A model generated the notes under the pieces. It saw nothing but the letters and a program-made list of their open reading frames with translations. It made no database searches and was not told the origin of the DNA. This document shows, piece after piece, positions 18,131 to 27,851 of a stretch of 64,000 nucleotides of DNA (within the stretch, counting starts at the first letter, position 1; each line of letters opens with the position of its first letter). Origin of the DNA: an uncultured Acidimicrobiaceae bacterium. GTDB lineage: Bacteria; Actinomycetota; Acidimicrobiia; Acidimicrobiales; RAAP-2. Where the stretch lies: NCBI GenBank assembly GCA_963807675.1, contig CAWECP010000009.1:2030-66029 (forward strand). Direction: 5' to 3'. Position numbers and translations under genes: made by a program.

Positions 18131-19275
18131 CGTTCCGCCTGCCGCCGTACCCCTACGACCGCCTGGACGGACTGGCCAAGTTGGCCGACGCCCACCCCGG
18201 CGGCATGGTCGACTGCTCCATCGGCACGCCGTGCGACCCGCCGTTGCCGAGCGTCGTCGAGGCGCTGGCGACCTCGGACACGGAGCGGGGCTACCCCGCC
18301 TCGGCCGGGAGCGCGCCGCTACGCCGGGCCGCGGCGGCGTGGCTGGCCCGTCGCTTCGGGCTGGACGAGGCGCCCGCCTCGGTGGCCGCCTGCGTCGGCA
18401 CGAAGGAGCTGGTCGCCTCCGCGCCCCACGTGCTGCGCCTGCGCCAACCCGACCGCGACACCGTCCTGTACCCGGCGGTGTCGTACCCCACGTACGCCAT
18501 GGGCGCCGAGCTCGCCGGCTGCCGCGCCGTGGCGGTGCCGCCCCGGCCCGGCCGCCTGGGCGGCCTCGACCTGACGGCCATCGGCGAGTCCGATGCGGCC
18601 CGGGCCCTGCTGTTGTGGTCGAACTCGCCGTCCAACCCGACCGGCGGCCTGGGCGACCTCGGCGCCGAAGCTGCCTGGGGCCGGGCGCACGGGGTGCCCG
18701 TGTTCTCCGACGAGTGCTACGCGGAGTTCACGTGGGACGGGCGGCCCCGCTCCATCCTCGAGCACGGCACCGAGGGCGTGGTTGCGGTCCACTCGCTGTC
18801 CAAGCGCTCGAACCTCGCCGGCGTGCGCGTCGGGTTCTACGCGGGCGACGCCGAGCTGGTCGAGTTCCTGCGGGCGGTGCGCCAGCACGCGGGGCTCATG
18901 GTGCCCGGCCCGGCGCAAGCGGCCGGGGTGGCTGCGCTCTCCGACGACGAGCACGTGGAGGCGCAGCGGGCCCGCTACCTCGAGCGGCTGGGATACCTGG
19001 CCGAGGTCTTGACGGCCTACGGGTGCCCGGCCGCCCTCCCCGAGGGTGGCTTCTACCTGTGGGTCGCCGTCCCGACCGAGCGGTGGGCGGACGCCTGGGC
19101 CCTGGCCGAGGGCCTGGCCCGGGACGCTGGTCTCCTGGTCAGCCCGGGCGACCTCTACGGGGACGAGGCCCCGGGGCACATCAGGGTGGCGGTGGTCCAG
19201 CCGATGGAACGCCTGGCCCTGGTGGGGGACCGCCTGGCGCAGCGCGCGACGCCGGCGGGGCGACCTCGCACCTGA
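18127..19275 (+). CDS. dapC: succinyldiaminopimelate aminotransferase (actinobacterial DapC type)
   Basis: YPYDRLDGLAKLA...DCSIGTPCDPP and the PLP lysine region SLSKRSNLAG. Confidence 0.8.
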   Translation: MTFRLPPYPYDRLDGLAKLADAHPGGMVDCSIGTPCDPPLPSVVEALATSDTERGYPASAGSAPLRRAAAAWLARRFGLDEAPASVAACVGTKELVASAPHVLRLRQPDRDTVLYPAVSYPTYAMGAELAGCRAVAVPPRPGRLGGLDLTAIGESDAARALLLWSNSPSNPTGGLGDLGAEAAWGRAHGVPVFSDECYAEFTWDGRPRSILEHGTEGVVAVHSLSKRSNLAGVRVGFYAGDAELVEFLRAVRQHAGLMVPGPAQAAGVAALSDDEHVEAQRARYLERLGYLAEVLTAYGCPAALPEGGFYLWVAVPTERWADAWALAEGLARDAGLLVSPGDLYGDEAPGHIRVAVVQPMERLALVGDRLAQRATPAGRPRT

Positions 19276-19345
19276 GTCCCCACCGGTTCTGGTCCGCGTG
19301 ATGGCCGGCACCGCCCGAACAGGCGGCAACGGCGCCGACGTCGGC

Positions 19346-20237
19346 TCAGGGCGCGCCGCGGTGGCCGCGCCCGAGGCGCGTCACGGCTGACCGGACGGCC
19401 GCGACGGCGGGTTCGTCCCGGTCTCCGTGCCGGTAGGCCAGCGTCAGCGGCATGGTCCAACGTGGGAGCCGCCGGACGGACAGGGGGACGACGCCGGCTC
19501 CGGCCGCGTGGCCGTCCACCGACGAGGCGGTCACCATGGCGACATGACCGTGGTGTGCGGCCAGGTGCAAGGCGGTGACCGCATCGGAGCACTCGGTCCA
19601 CCGCGACTCGGGCACGCCGGCCGAGCACAGCCTGGCCACGAATTCGACGGCACCCGAGCCGAAGCGATTGAACGCGACGCGGTGTTCGGCCAGGTCCTCG
19701 AAGGTGGCCGGGCGCCCGGCCAACGGGTGCGCCGGCGCGACCACGACCACGACCGGATCCGGCGGGAGCGCCACGAAGCGCAACGCGGGGGCGTGTGGCC
19801 GGGACGATGAAGCCGACGTCGCAGGCGCCGTCCAGCAGCATGGCGACGATGGTGTCGGAGTGGGCGTCGCGCAGCTTGATGCTGCGCTGGAGCGGCTCCA
19901 GGGCTCCGAGCACGAGGTCGACGGCACGGTGCGCAAACGTGGTGTGCACGGCGACGCGGAAGCGCGGCGCCTCGTCGAGCGCCCCGATGGTGGTCACGGC
20001 GTCGTCCAACAACTCGACCGTGCGGGCGGCGTAGGGCACGAAGGCCTCGCCGGCCGGCGTCAGCGTGACGCCGCGGGTGCTGCGTCGGAACAGGGGGGCG
20101 CCGGCGTCGCGTTCCAGACGGGCGATGCGATCGCTGACGGCCGGTTGCGACACCAGCAGCGAGCTGGCGGCCCGACCGAAGCTTCCCTCCCGGACGACGG
20201 CCAAGAAGCACGTAATGTCTTCTGTTTGTATGGTCAT
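19346..20237 (-). CDS. LysR-family transcriptional regulator, split by an apparent 1-nt insertion in a G5 run (19787-19791)
   Basis: HTH region FLAVVREGSFGRAASSLLVSQPAVSDRIARLE. The co-inducer domain continues in another frame (ALRFVALPPDPVVVVVAPAHPLAG). Removing one base gives GFIVPATRPALRFVAL. Confidence 0.8.
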
Positions 20238-20250
20238 AGGTAAATCCTAT
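20236..20250. promoter_or_regulatory. LysR-type T-N11-A box ATAGG-taaat-CCTAT
   Basis: Perfect 5-5-5 palindrome overlapping the LysR start codon. Lies in the divergent LysR/cupin intergenic region. Confidence 0.5.
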
Positions 20251-20309
20251 GGCTAGCGCCAGCCGGCATCCCTCTACCGCCCGGGGCCGTACTGCCTGAC
20301 GATGGTCAC

Positions 20310-20726
20310 ATGACGACGCCCACGACTTCACCCCTTCGCTCGGACGGTCATCCCCTCGAACGGGGCACGGTGATCCACCTGGCCGCGGACCAGTCCATGG
20401 CGGCCTTGGTCGCCGACGGCGAAACCTGGCGACGCCGGGCCGAGGTCCCCGAGTTCCACGACGGCCGGGTCCTGAGCGTGTTCGACTACGGCGCGCCGTG
20501 GACCTATTGGGAGCGGCACCCGGTCGGGGTCGAGCTGGTCCACGTGCTCTCGGGCTCGGTCGCGTTCCACCTCGAAGACGGGCGCGGCCGCCGCGCCGTC
20601 GAGCTGGTGGCCGGGCAGAGCCTGCTTGTCCCCGAGGGGGCCTGGCACCGGGCCGAAATCTCCGGACCGGCATCGATGCTCTTCGTCACGCCGACACCGG
20701 CGTGGACCGAGCACCGCCCGGCGTGA
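20310..20726 (+). CDS. cupin-domain protein
   Basis: 138 aa, VELVHVLSGSVAFHLEDG...LLVPEGAWHRAE. Divergent from the LysR gene. Confidence 0.6.
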   Translation: MTTPTTSPLRSDGHPLERGTVIHLAADQSMAALVADGETWRRRAEVPEFHDGRVLSVFDYGAPWTYWERHPVGVELVHVLSGSVAFHLEDGRGRRAVELVAGQSLLVPEGAWHRAEISGPASMLFVTPTPAWTEHRPA

Positions 20727-20754
20727 CCGGGCCCGACGCTCGATAAGGTGCGGC

Positions 20755-21581
20755 ATGGCTGATCTGCAGGCGAGCATCGAGGAGCTGTGGGAGCGGCGGG
20801 ACGACCTTTCGCCCGCGGACGCCGACGCTGCGGCGCTGGTGGAAGAGGCCATCGAACTGCTCGACCGGGGCGAAGCCCGGGTGGCCGAGGTCGATCGGGC
20901 GACCGACCAGGTCGTGGTGCACGAGTGGCTGAAGAAGTCGATCCTCATGCTCTTCTCGCTACGCGGCATGGAGACCGTTGAGCTCGGGCCGTTCGAATAC
21001 GCCGACAAGCTGCCCCTCAAACATGGATTCGCGGCGGCCGGCGTGCGCGCCATCCCTGGTGCATCGGCGCGCTGGGGCTGCTTCCTCGGGCGCGGGGTCG
21101 TGCTGATGCCCTCCTACGTCAACATCGGCGCCTACGTCGGGGCCGGCTCCATGGTGGACACCTGGGCCACGGTGGCCTCGTGCGCGCAGATCGGCGAACG
21201 GGTGCACCTGGCGGGCGGGGTGGGGATCGGAGGCGTGCTCGAGCCGCCCAACGCGGTCCCGGTGGTGGTGGAGGACGACGCCTTCGTCGGGAGCCGTTGC
21301 ATGGTCACGGGCGGGGCGCGCATCGGCCAGGGCGCGGTGCTGGGCGCCGGCAGCTTCCTCGATCCGTCCATCCCGGTCATCGACGCCGAGACGGGTGAGG
21401 AGATCTCGCGTGGCGTGGTGCCGCCCTGGTGCGTCGCCATCCGGGCCAGTCGGCGGCGCGAGTACCCCGGGGGGAGTTCTTCGTGCCGTGCGTGCTCGTC
21501 ATCAAGCGCCTGAGCGAGGGGGAGCGCCACGACAAGGCTCAGCTGAACGAGGTCCTGCGCGACCACGGCGCCAGCACCTGA
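20755..21581 (+). CDS. dapD: tetrahydrodipicolinate N-succinyltransferase, split by an apparent 1-nt deletion in a G6 run (21469-21474)
   Basis: Hexapeptide-repeat region YVNIGAYVGAGSMVDTWATV...GGVGIGGVLEP. After EYPGG the expected tail EFFVPCVLVIKRLSEGERHDKAQLNEVLRDHGAST is in the +1 frame. Length is 3n-1. Confidence 0.9.
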
Positions 21582-21585
21582 TCGC

Positions 21586-22653
21586 GTGGGCGACGTCAGG
21601 CGCGACCTGCTGGCCGCTACCGCCGATCTGGTGGCCATTCCGTCGGTCAGCCACCACGAAGATGCGATGGCGGCCGCCGTCGAGGCGGTGCTGGCGCCCT
21701 GCCCCTGGCTGCAGGTCGAGCAGGTGGGTGACAACGTCGTGGCCCGGACGGCGCTCGGACGCTCCCAGCGTCTGGTGCTGGCCGGGCACCTCGACACCGT
21801 CCCGCCCGTCGACAACGACGAACCGCGGCTGAAGGGCGACGAGGTCTGGGGCGTGGGTGCCTCGGACATGAAAGGCGGTCTGGCGGTCATGCTGGACCTG
21901 GCCGCCACCGTGGCCGAGCCATCGGTCGACGTCACCTGGTGCTTCTACGCCCGCGAGGAGATCGGCCGGGAGGAGAGCGGGCTGCTCCAGCTCTGGCGCG
22001 AGCGGCCCGAGCTCCTGGCCGGTGATGCCGCCATTCTCGGCGAGCCGACCGACGCGCTGGTGGAGGCGGGGTGCCAGGGGACGCTGCGCCTGCGGATCAC
22101 GGTCAAGGGCGTGCGGGCCCACACGGCACGGCCGTTCACCGGCCGCAACGCCATCCACCGAGTCGGGTCGCTGATCGGCCGGGTGTCGGACTGGCCCGGC
22201 CGAGAGGTCGTGCTCGACGGGTGCACGTACGCGGAACAGCTCCAGGTGGTGGCGGTCGAAGGGGGAGTGGCCGGCAACGTCGTGCCCGACCGGGCCAGCA
22301 TCGTGATCAACCACCGCTACGCCCCGGACCGCCGGCAGGCGGAGGCCCTGACCTCCTTGCACGCCCTCTTGGACGACGAGCTCGAGCCCGGCGACGAGTG
22401 GGAGCTGATTGACGCCGGCGACGGCGCGCCACCCTCCCTCGGGCATCCGCTCCTCGCCGCGCTGGTCGAGAAGAGCGGCGCCGTGCCGCGGGCGAAGGTG
22501 GGCTGGACGGACGTGGCCTCGTTCTGGGAGCACGGTGTGCCCGCCGCCAACTTCGGGCCCGGGGATCCCCTGCTGGCGCACCATCCCGACGAGCGGGTGA
22601 CCCGGGCCCAGCTCGAGCGCGCGCACCAGGTGCTCTTCGAGTTGATCAGCTGA
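21586..22653 (+). CDS. dapE: succinyl-diaminopimelate desuccinylase (M20 family)
   Basis: LVAIPSVSHHE, LAGHLDTVPP and GASDMKGGLA motifs. Confidence 0.85.
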   Translation: MGDVRRDLLAATADLVAIPSVSHHEDAMAAAVEAVLAPCPWLQVEQVGDNVVARTALGRSQRLVLAGHLDTVPPVDNDEPRLKGDEVWGVGASDMKGGLAVMLDLAATVAEPSVDVTWCFYAREEIGREESGLLQLWRERPELLAGDAAILGEPTDALVEAGCQGTLRLRITVKGVRAHTARPFTGRNAIHRVGSLIGRVSDWPGREVVLDGCTYAEQLQVVAVEGGVAGNVVPDRASIVINHRYAPDRRQAEALTSLHALLDDELEPGDEWELIDAGDGAPPSLGHPLLAALVEKSGAVPRAKVGWTDVASFWEHGVPAANFGPGDPLLAHHPDERVTRAQLERAHQVLFELIS

Positions 22654-22691
22654 CCACCGCTGGCACGTTCGCCGCTTCGTAGCATTGTCCG

Positions 22692-23099
22692 ATGACTACG
22701 CTCCGACCGGCCGAGCCCGAGGACATCGCTGCGGTGCTGATCCTGTGGCGGGAGTCGGCCGAGCCGTCGTCGACCGACGACGCCGCGGCGTTGACGGGAC
22801 TGCTGGAGCACGATCCGGGCGCCCTCATCCTCGGGGAGTCGTCGGGACAGGTCGTCGGCTCGGTGATCGCGGCGTGGGACGGCTGGCGGGGCACGATCTA
22901 CCGGCTGGCCGTGGCGCCCTCGCACCGCGGGGACGGGCTGGGGACGCGCCTGCTGCAGGCGGCGGTGGAGCGCATCGCCGCGCTCGGCGCACGTCGCCTG
23001 CAGGCGACCGTGATCCAGACGGACGCGCGGGCGATGGGCTTCTGGCGGCACACCGACTGGCGGCAGGCGGAGCAGCAGACCCGCTTCACCTCTGGGTGA
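22692..23099 (+). CDS. GNAT family N-acetyltransferase
   Basis: 135 aa with IYRLAVAPSHRGDGLGTRLL, a GNAT motif A. Confidence 0.8.
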   Translation: MTTLRPAEPEDIAAVLILWRESAEPSSTDDAAALTGLLEHDPGALILGESSGQVVGSVIAAWDGWRGTIYRLAVAPSHRGDGLGTRLLQAAVERIAALGARRLQATVIQTDARAMGFWRHTDWRQAEQQTRFTSG

Positions 23100-23121
23100 C
23101 TCGGGGGGGGGTTGCTCGTGG

Positions 23122-24543
23122 TCAGGCGCCGACGGCGAACTGGTCGGGCCAGTCCACGTAGCCGAAGACGTAGGGGCCCGGCGGGAGGTCCAGCGGTCCG
23201 GCGACGGCAACCGGTTGGGACGACGGTCCCGAGTCGTACCAGATGGTCTGGCCTTTCACAAAGAGCAAGCCGTCACCGCGTGCGGTGAAGGCCGGGTCCA
23301 CGGCTCCCGCCGTGTCGTTCCACTCGGTCGGCGACGTGGAGCCGGGGGGCACGCTCCAGAGGGCGCCCGTGGCGTACCAGGCCGAGATCTGGGCCCAGCT
23401 CGCCTCCGAGGAGTACTCGGGAGGAAGGTCGGCGTCGCTCTGGGCGGCCTCGACGAAAGCGACGGCTCCGTTCGGCGAGATGGCCGGCTCGGACGTGACC
23501 GTTCCCGGTCCTCCGCCGGCCGGCGCGCAGGTCGCCTCCCCGGGGCCGCACACCTCGACCGTCTTGCCGAACCAGACGAACTTCTCTCCCTCGCCCTGGC
23601 CACCGTTGGAGCTGCCATTGGCCACCACCACGACGTGCCCCTGCTCGATCGCCACCGCCGGCGGCTGGAACACGGGCACCGTCGCGAGTGTCGTGAACGG
23701 GGCCGCCGGACGCGCGATCACCCCGAACGGGAGCCCGTAGTTCTCGACGGACGGTCCGCCCCCGCCGGCGTTTTCCCAGAGCGCAATGCCCAACTCGTGG
23801 GACCACCCGGCCAGGTAATAGGAGGCTTGTGCGTTGGGCGGCATCCAGGACGTCGCGCGTCCACCGCCGACCGGGAGGCTCTCGAGCGTCTCGGTCGAGA
23901 GCCCGCTGGCGGACCAGATCGCCGCTACCTCGGACCCGTTGGGCGACCAGGCGACGCCGTTGACGAAGCCCGGGCCGAGGAGGCGCCGCGCCCGTCCCGA
24001 CGCGGTGACCACCCACACTTGACGGGGGACCTCGGGCGCATCTCGGAGCGGGCCGGTCGTCACCAGGAGGGCATCGCGGGTCGGGCTCCAGGTGAACACG
24101 GGCTGGCCCGAGTCGGGAACGGCCACGGCGGCGGGGATCCCCCCGACCGGACGGGGCGACGATCCGTTTCCGTGGGCCATCCACAAGGTGGAGGCGCCCC
24201 CCGGCGACAGCGGGCGCAGGAAGGCGAGCCAGCGACCGTCGTGGGAGAACGCCGGGCTCTCGGGGACCGGCTCTCCGGTCGTGACGCGCCGGACCGATCT
24301 CGAGGCGCCGTCGACGACGTACAGCGATCCCGCGGAGACGAAGGCCAGCTTCCCGCCGCTCGGCAGCGCGCCGGCGTCCACCGTCGGTCCGCCGGGGGCG
24401 GGCGCGGTCGAGGCCCCGACGGCACCCGATGCCGGCACGAACGCGCAGAGCGCCATCGCGACCACGACGGCCGCGTTCCTCGCCGTCGCCCTCGGTCTCG
24501 CCGCATGCAACCCGGACATCGGAGCCATTGTGGATCGTCGCAC
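23122..24543 (-). CDS. secreted PD40/TolB-like beta-propeller protein
   Basis: Signal-like N-terminus. PD40-type strings SPAFSHDGRWLAFL and VAWSPNGSEVAAIW. Confidence 0.6.
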   Translation of the reverse strand: MRRSTMAPMSGLHAARPRATARNAAVVVAMALCAFVPASGAVGASTAPAPGGPTVDAGALPSGGKLAFVSAGSLYVVDGASRSVRRVTTGEPVPESPAFSHDGRWLAFLRPLSPGGASTLWMAHGNGSSPRPVGGIPAAVAVPDSGQPVFTWSPTRDALLVTTGPLRDAPEVPRQVWVVTASGRARRLLGPGFVNGVAWSPNGSEVAAIWSASGLSTETLESLPVGGGRATSWMPPNAQASYYLAGWSHELGIALWENAGGGGPSVENYGLPFGVIARPAAPFTTLATVPVFQPPAVAIEQGHVVVVANGSSNGGQGEGEKFVWFGKTVEVCGPGEATCAPAGGGPGTVTSEPAISPNGAVAFVEAAQSDADLPPEYSSEASWAQISAWYATGALWSVPPGSTSPTEWNDTAGAVDPAFTARGDGLLFVKGQTIWYDSGPSSQPVAVAGPLDLPPGPYVFGYVDWPDQFAVGA

Positions 24544-24605
24544 GCGCCGTGTCAGTGCCGCCAGGAGCCGGACGCCCGGGCGCCCGCCTGGCCTAAATTC
24601 GGCCG

Positions 24606-25451
24606 GTGCACGCTGCCGTCGAATCTCAGAGCCCCTTGTCCGCGGTGCTCCTCGGCACCGGGAACCCGCTGCCCGATCCGCATCGCGCCGGCGCGGCGAC
24701 GCTGATCAAGGCTGGAGCGAGACGGTTCCTGGTCGATGCCGGTCGGGGTGTCTGCCTGCGCCTGGCGGCGGCCGGCGCCTTGCCGGTCATGCTCGAGGGC
24801 GTCCTCCTCACGCATCTCCACAGCGACCACATCTGTGACCTGAACGACGTCATCACGACGCACTGGATCATGTCGGGCCGGCCCACGCCGCTGAAGGTCC
24901 TTGGTCCCGAAGGCACGGGCCTCGTCGTAGACGGCGCCCTCGCCATGCTCGGTCCTGACCTGTCGTACCGACTGGCACACCATGCCGACCTGACGTGGAG
25001 CCCCGAGGTGGCCGTGGGGGAGCTGACGCCGGGCGTGGTGCTCGACGAGGGCGGTGTGAAGGTCATCGCCGCGGCGACCGACCACCGTCCCGTCGAACCC
25101 ACCCTGGCCTTCCGGTTCGAGCATGCCGGTCGCTCCATCGTCGTGGCCGGTGACACCGTGCCCTGCGCCGGGTTGGACGAGCTCTGCGCCGGTGCGGATG
25201 TCTACGTCCAGACCGTGATCCGTGAGGATCTCGTCCGGCTGGTGCCGATGCAGCGCTTCGTCGACATCATCGACTACCACTCGACCGTCGAGCAGGCCGC
25301 GCAGACGGCCGCCCGCGCCGGGGTGGCGACGTTGGTGCTGACCCACCAAGTACCCACGCCAGCGCCTGGCGCCGCCGAGGAATGGCTCGCGCTCGCCCGG
25401 CCCCACTTCGGCGGGAACGTCGTCTTCGGCGAGGACCTCCTCGAGGTGTGA
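24606..25451 (+). CDS. MBL-fold metallo-hydrolase (RNase Z/BN-like)
   Basis: LLTHLHSDHICD is an HxHxDH motif. Confidence 0.75.
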   Translation: MHAAVESQSPLSAVLLGTGNPLPDPHRAGAATLIKAGARRFLVDAGRGVCLRLAAAGALPVMLEGVLLTHLHSDHICDLNDVITTHWIMSGRPTPLKVLGPEGTGLVVDGALAMLGPDLSYRLAHHADLTWSPEVAVGELTPGVVLDEGGVKVIAAATDHRPVEPTLAFRFEHAGRSIVVAGDTVPCAGLDELCAGADVYVQTVIREDLVRLVPMQRFVDIIDYHSTVEQAAQTAARAGVATLVLTHQVPTPAPGAAEEWLALARPHFGGNVVFGEDLLEV

Positions 25452-25598
25452 CGCCGCCACTCGTGCCGGCCCGACGCGCCACCTTCTGCCGCGCCTGACG
25501 CTCGGCGCGCCTCGCCCTCGGCCGCTCGTGCACGTTCAAACGATCCAGATGGACCGACGGCGCGTGCGTCGCGAAGCCCTTGTCGTCGGAGTGCGCTG

Positions 25599-26390
25599 TT
25601 ATGACGGAGCGAGTTGCCCGACCGCGCTTGTCAGCAAGTGCAGGTTCTCCTGTCCGGGCAGGCGGTCGACGCGGCGGTCGATGCGCTCCACGACTGCGCG
25701 GCCCTTCTCGCCCTTGAAGAGATAGTCGACCAGGAAGCCCACCTCGTGCTTGGGCATGACACCCGAGCCGACCGGCCGCCACAGGTGCTTGAGCGCGAAG
25801 CGCGTCAGCTTCTGCGCCTTCAGGCTGTCGGACAGTCGACGCGTCGCCTCCGACGCGTAGAAGTCGATGTGGCCACCCTCCTGTTTCATGATGCGCCGGA
25901 GGAGCTCGCGCAGCGTGGGGTGTCCGGCCGTCTCCGAGAGGCGTGCATATCCGGCCTGGGTCGTCCACTCGTTGATGGCGCCCCACGTCATGTGGAGCGC
26001 AACGAAGGCCCGTCCGGAGAAGGCGGCGAGCCCGATGGTGCTGAACGTGGTGAGCGCCTCCTTGCGCCGCCGCTTGTGCCGCATGGCCTCAATCCGGGGT
26101 GCGCCCGCCTGCTCCCCGTGGGCCTCGAGCACCTCGGCGATGGCCTCGCCGTGCCACATCTCCTCGAACACCCAGCAGGAGAGGAAGGACGTGATCTCGG
26201 GGTCCTGGTGGGCGGGCGTCAACAGGAGGTCGCGCAGGTAGCACACGGTGTGGTGCTCGACGTCGTGCATGTAGCGCAGGGACCGCAGGGCGTCGGGCGA
26301 CAGCGGCTCGTCCCGGAAGTCGTCGAAGTCGATGCCCTCCAGGTCCAGCCGCCCCGCTCGGGACTTGTAGGAGTCAATGGTGGTTCGCAT
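25599..26390 (-). CDS. ferritin-like di-iron carboxylate protein (oxygenase/desaturase-like)
   Basis: Two ExxH motifs (FEEMWHGE and MKQEGGHIDFY) in a 263-aa helical protein. Confidence 0.55.
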   Translation of the reverse strand: MRTTIDSYKSRAGRLDLEGIDFDDFRDEPLSPDALRSLRYMHDVEHHTVCYLRDLLLTPAHQDPEITSFLSCWVFEEMWHGEAIAEVLEAHGEQAGAPRIEAMRHKRRRKEALTTFSTIGLAAFSGRAFVALHMTWGAINEWTTQAGYARLSETAGHPTLRELLRRIMKQEGGHIDFYASEATRRLSDSLKAQKLTRFALKHLWRPVGSGVMPKHEVGFLVDYLFKGEKGRAVVERIDRRVDRLPGQENLHLLTSAVGQLAPS

Positions 26391-26474
26391 GGCGACCTAC
26401 TATCCGCAGCACAGGCTACGCCCGGATGAGTTCGTTCACATCCACAGAGGGGGTCGGCCCCGAACAGGACGGAA

Positions 26475-27050
26475 ATGCGGGACATCGACAAGGTCAGCGA
26501 CGCCCAGCTCGTCACCTCGATTGCCCGCTACAGCGAGGTGGCCCTGGCCGAGGTGTACCGGCGCCACGGTGGCGCCGTCTACGGCCTGGCCAAGCGCGTC
26601 CTGAACAACGGCGCCGAGGCGGAGGACGTCACCCAGGAGGTCTTCCTGCGCCTCTGGAACCAGCCCGACCGCTTCGATCCGGCCCGCGGCTCCCTGCGCT
26701 CGTTCCTCTTGGCCCAGTCCCACGGCCGGGCCGTGGACGCGGTGCGCTCCTCCAGCTCGCGCCGGCAGCGGGAGGCCCGGGACGCCATGCGGACGGCCCG
26801 GACCCGCTATGACATCCAGCACGAGGTGTGGGACCTGGCCGTGGCCGACCAGGTGGCCACGGCCATGGGTGCGCTGCCCGAGGAGGAGCGCCGGGCCATT
26901 GAGCTGGCCTACTTCGACGGGCGCACCTACCGGGAGGTGGCCACGCTCCTGGGCCAGCCCGAGGGCACGGTGAAGAGCCGCATCCGCAACGGGATGCGGC
27001 GCATGCGGACCGTCCTGGCTGACGCCGGGGTGAGGGGGGTGGAGGCGTGA
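26475..27050 (+). CDS. ECF sigma factor (SigK-like)
   Basis: Region 2 EDVTQEVFLRLW and region 4 ELAYFDGRTYREVATLLGQPEGTVKSRIRNGM. Confidence 0.85.
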   Translation: MRDIDKVSDAQLVTSIARYSEVALAEVYRRHGGAVYGLAKRVLNNGAEAEDVTQEVFLRLWNQPDRFDPARGSLRSFLLAQSHGRAVDAVRSSSSRRQREARDAMRTARTRYDIQHEVWDLAVADQVATAMGALPEEERRAIELAYFDGRTYREVATLLGQPEGTVKSRIRNGMRRMRTVLADAGVRGVEA

Positions 27051-27820
27051 TGTCGCACGAAGAGGCCAGCGATCTCCTGGGCGCCTACGCCCTGGACGCG
27101 GTGGACGGCGAGGAGTTCGTCGAGCTCGAGCAGCACCTTTCGGGTTGTCCGCGCTGCCGGGCCGAGCTCGACAGCATGCGCGAGGTGGCCTCCGCCCTGG
27201 GCAACACGGTCGAGACGCCGCCGGAGGGAGTGTGGTCGGGCATCGCCAGCCGCCTGCCCGAGCGCGACGGGGAGGCCGAGGCACCGCCCATGCCGCCGCT
27301 CGAGGCCGAGGGGCGCGCGCCGTTCCGGACTGTCGCAACGGCGCGCCGGCCGCGGCGCGGCGCCGTCGCGACGGTGATCGGGTTCGCCGTGGCCGCCGCC
27401 GCCGTGGCCGCCGTCCTGGGTATCGGGCTGGTCCGGGCCGACGACAAGGTCAGCAACCTCCAGTCGGCCGCCGCGCACCCGCCGTCAGCGGTGACGTTGG
27501 CGCTCGCGGCCCCGGGGCACCGCATGGTGGAGCTCGCCTCCAGCACGGGCGTCACGCTGGCCGACTTCGTCGTGCTGCCCGACGGGCGGGGCTACCTGGT
27601 CAGCTCCAGGCTGCCGGCGCTGGGTGCGGGTCATACCTACCAGCTGTGGGGCATCGTGGGCCTCAGGCCCATCTCGCTCGGCCTCCTCGGCCCCGCGCCG
27701 CGGCAGGCCACCTTCACCATGGCGGGCTCGGTGCAACCGTCCCGCCTGAGCATCACGGCCGAGCCGGCCGGCGGCGCGGTGGCCCCGACCGGGGCCATCG
27801 TGGCCACGGGGACTGTCTGA
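27047..27820 (+). CDS. anti-sigma factor (zf-HC2 N-terminus, RskA-like C-terminus)
   Basis: HLSGCPRCRAELD zinc motif, a central TM helix, and C-terminal TYQLWGI...LSITAEPAGG. The start overlaps the sigma gene stop. Confidence 0.75.
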   Translation: MMSHEEASDLLGAYALDAVDGEEFVELEQHLSGCPRCRAELDSMREVASALGNTVETPPEGVWSGIASRLPERDGEAEAPPMPPLEAEGRAPFRTVATARRPRRGAVATVIGFAVAAAAVAAVLGIGLVRADDKVSNLQSAAAHPPSAVTLALAAPGHRMVELASSTGVTLADFVVLPDGRGYLVSSRLPALGAGHTYQLWGIVGLRPISLGLLGPAPRQATFTMAGSVQPSRLSITAEPAGGAVAPTGAIVATGTV

Positions 27821-27851
27821 CGCCTGCGCCCAGCTGTTAGCTTCGCTCCCC

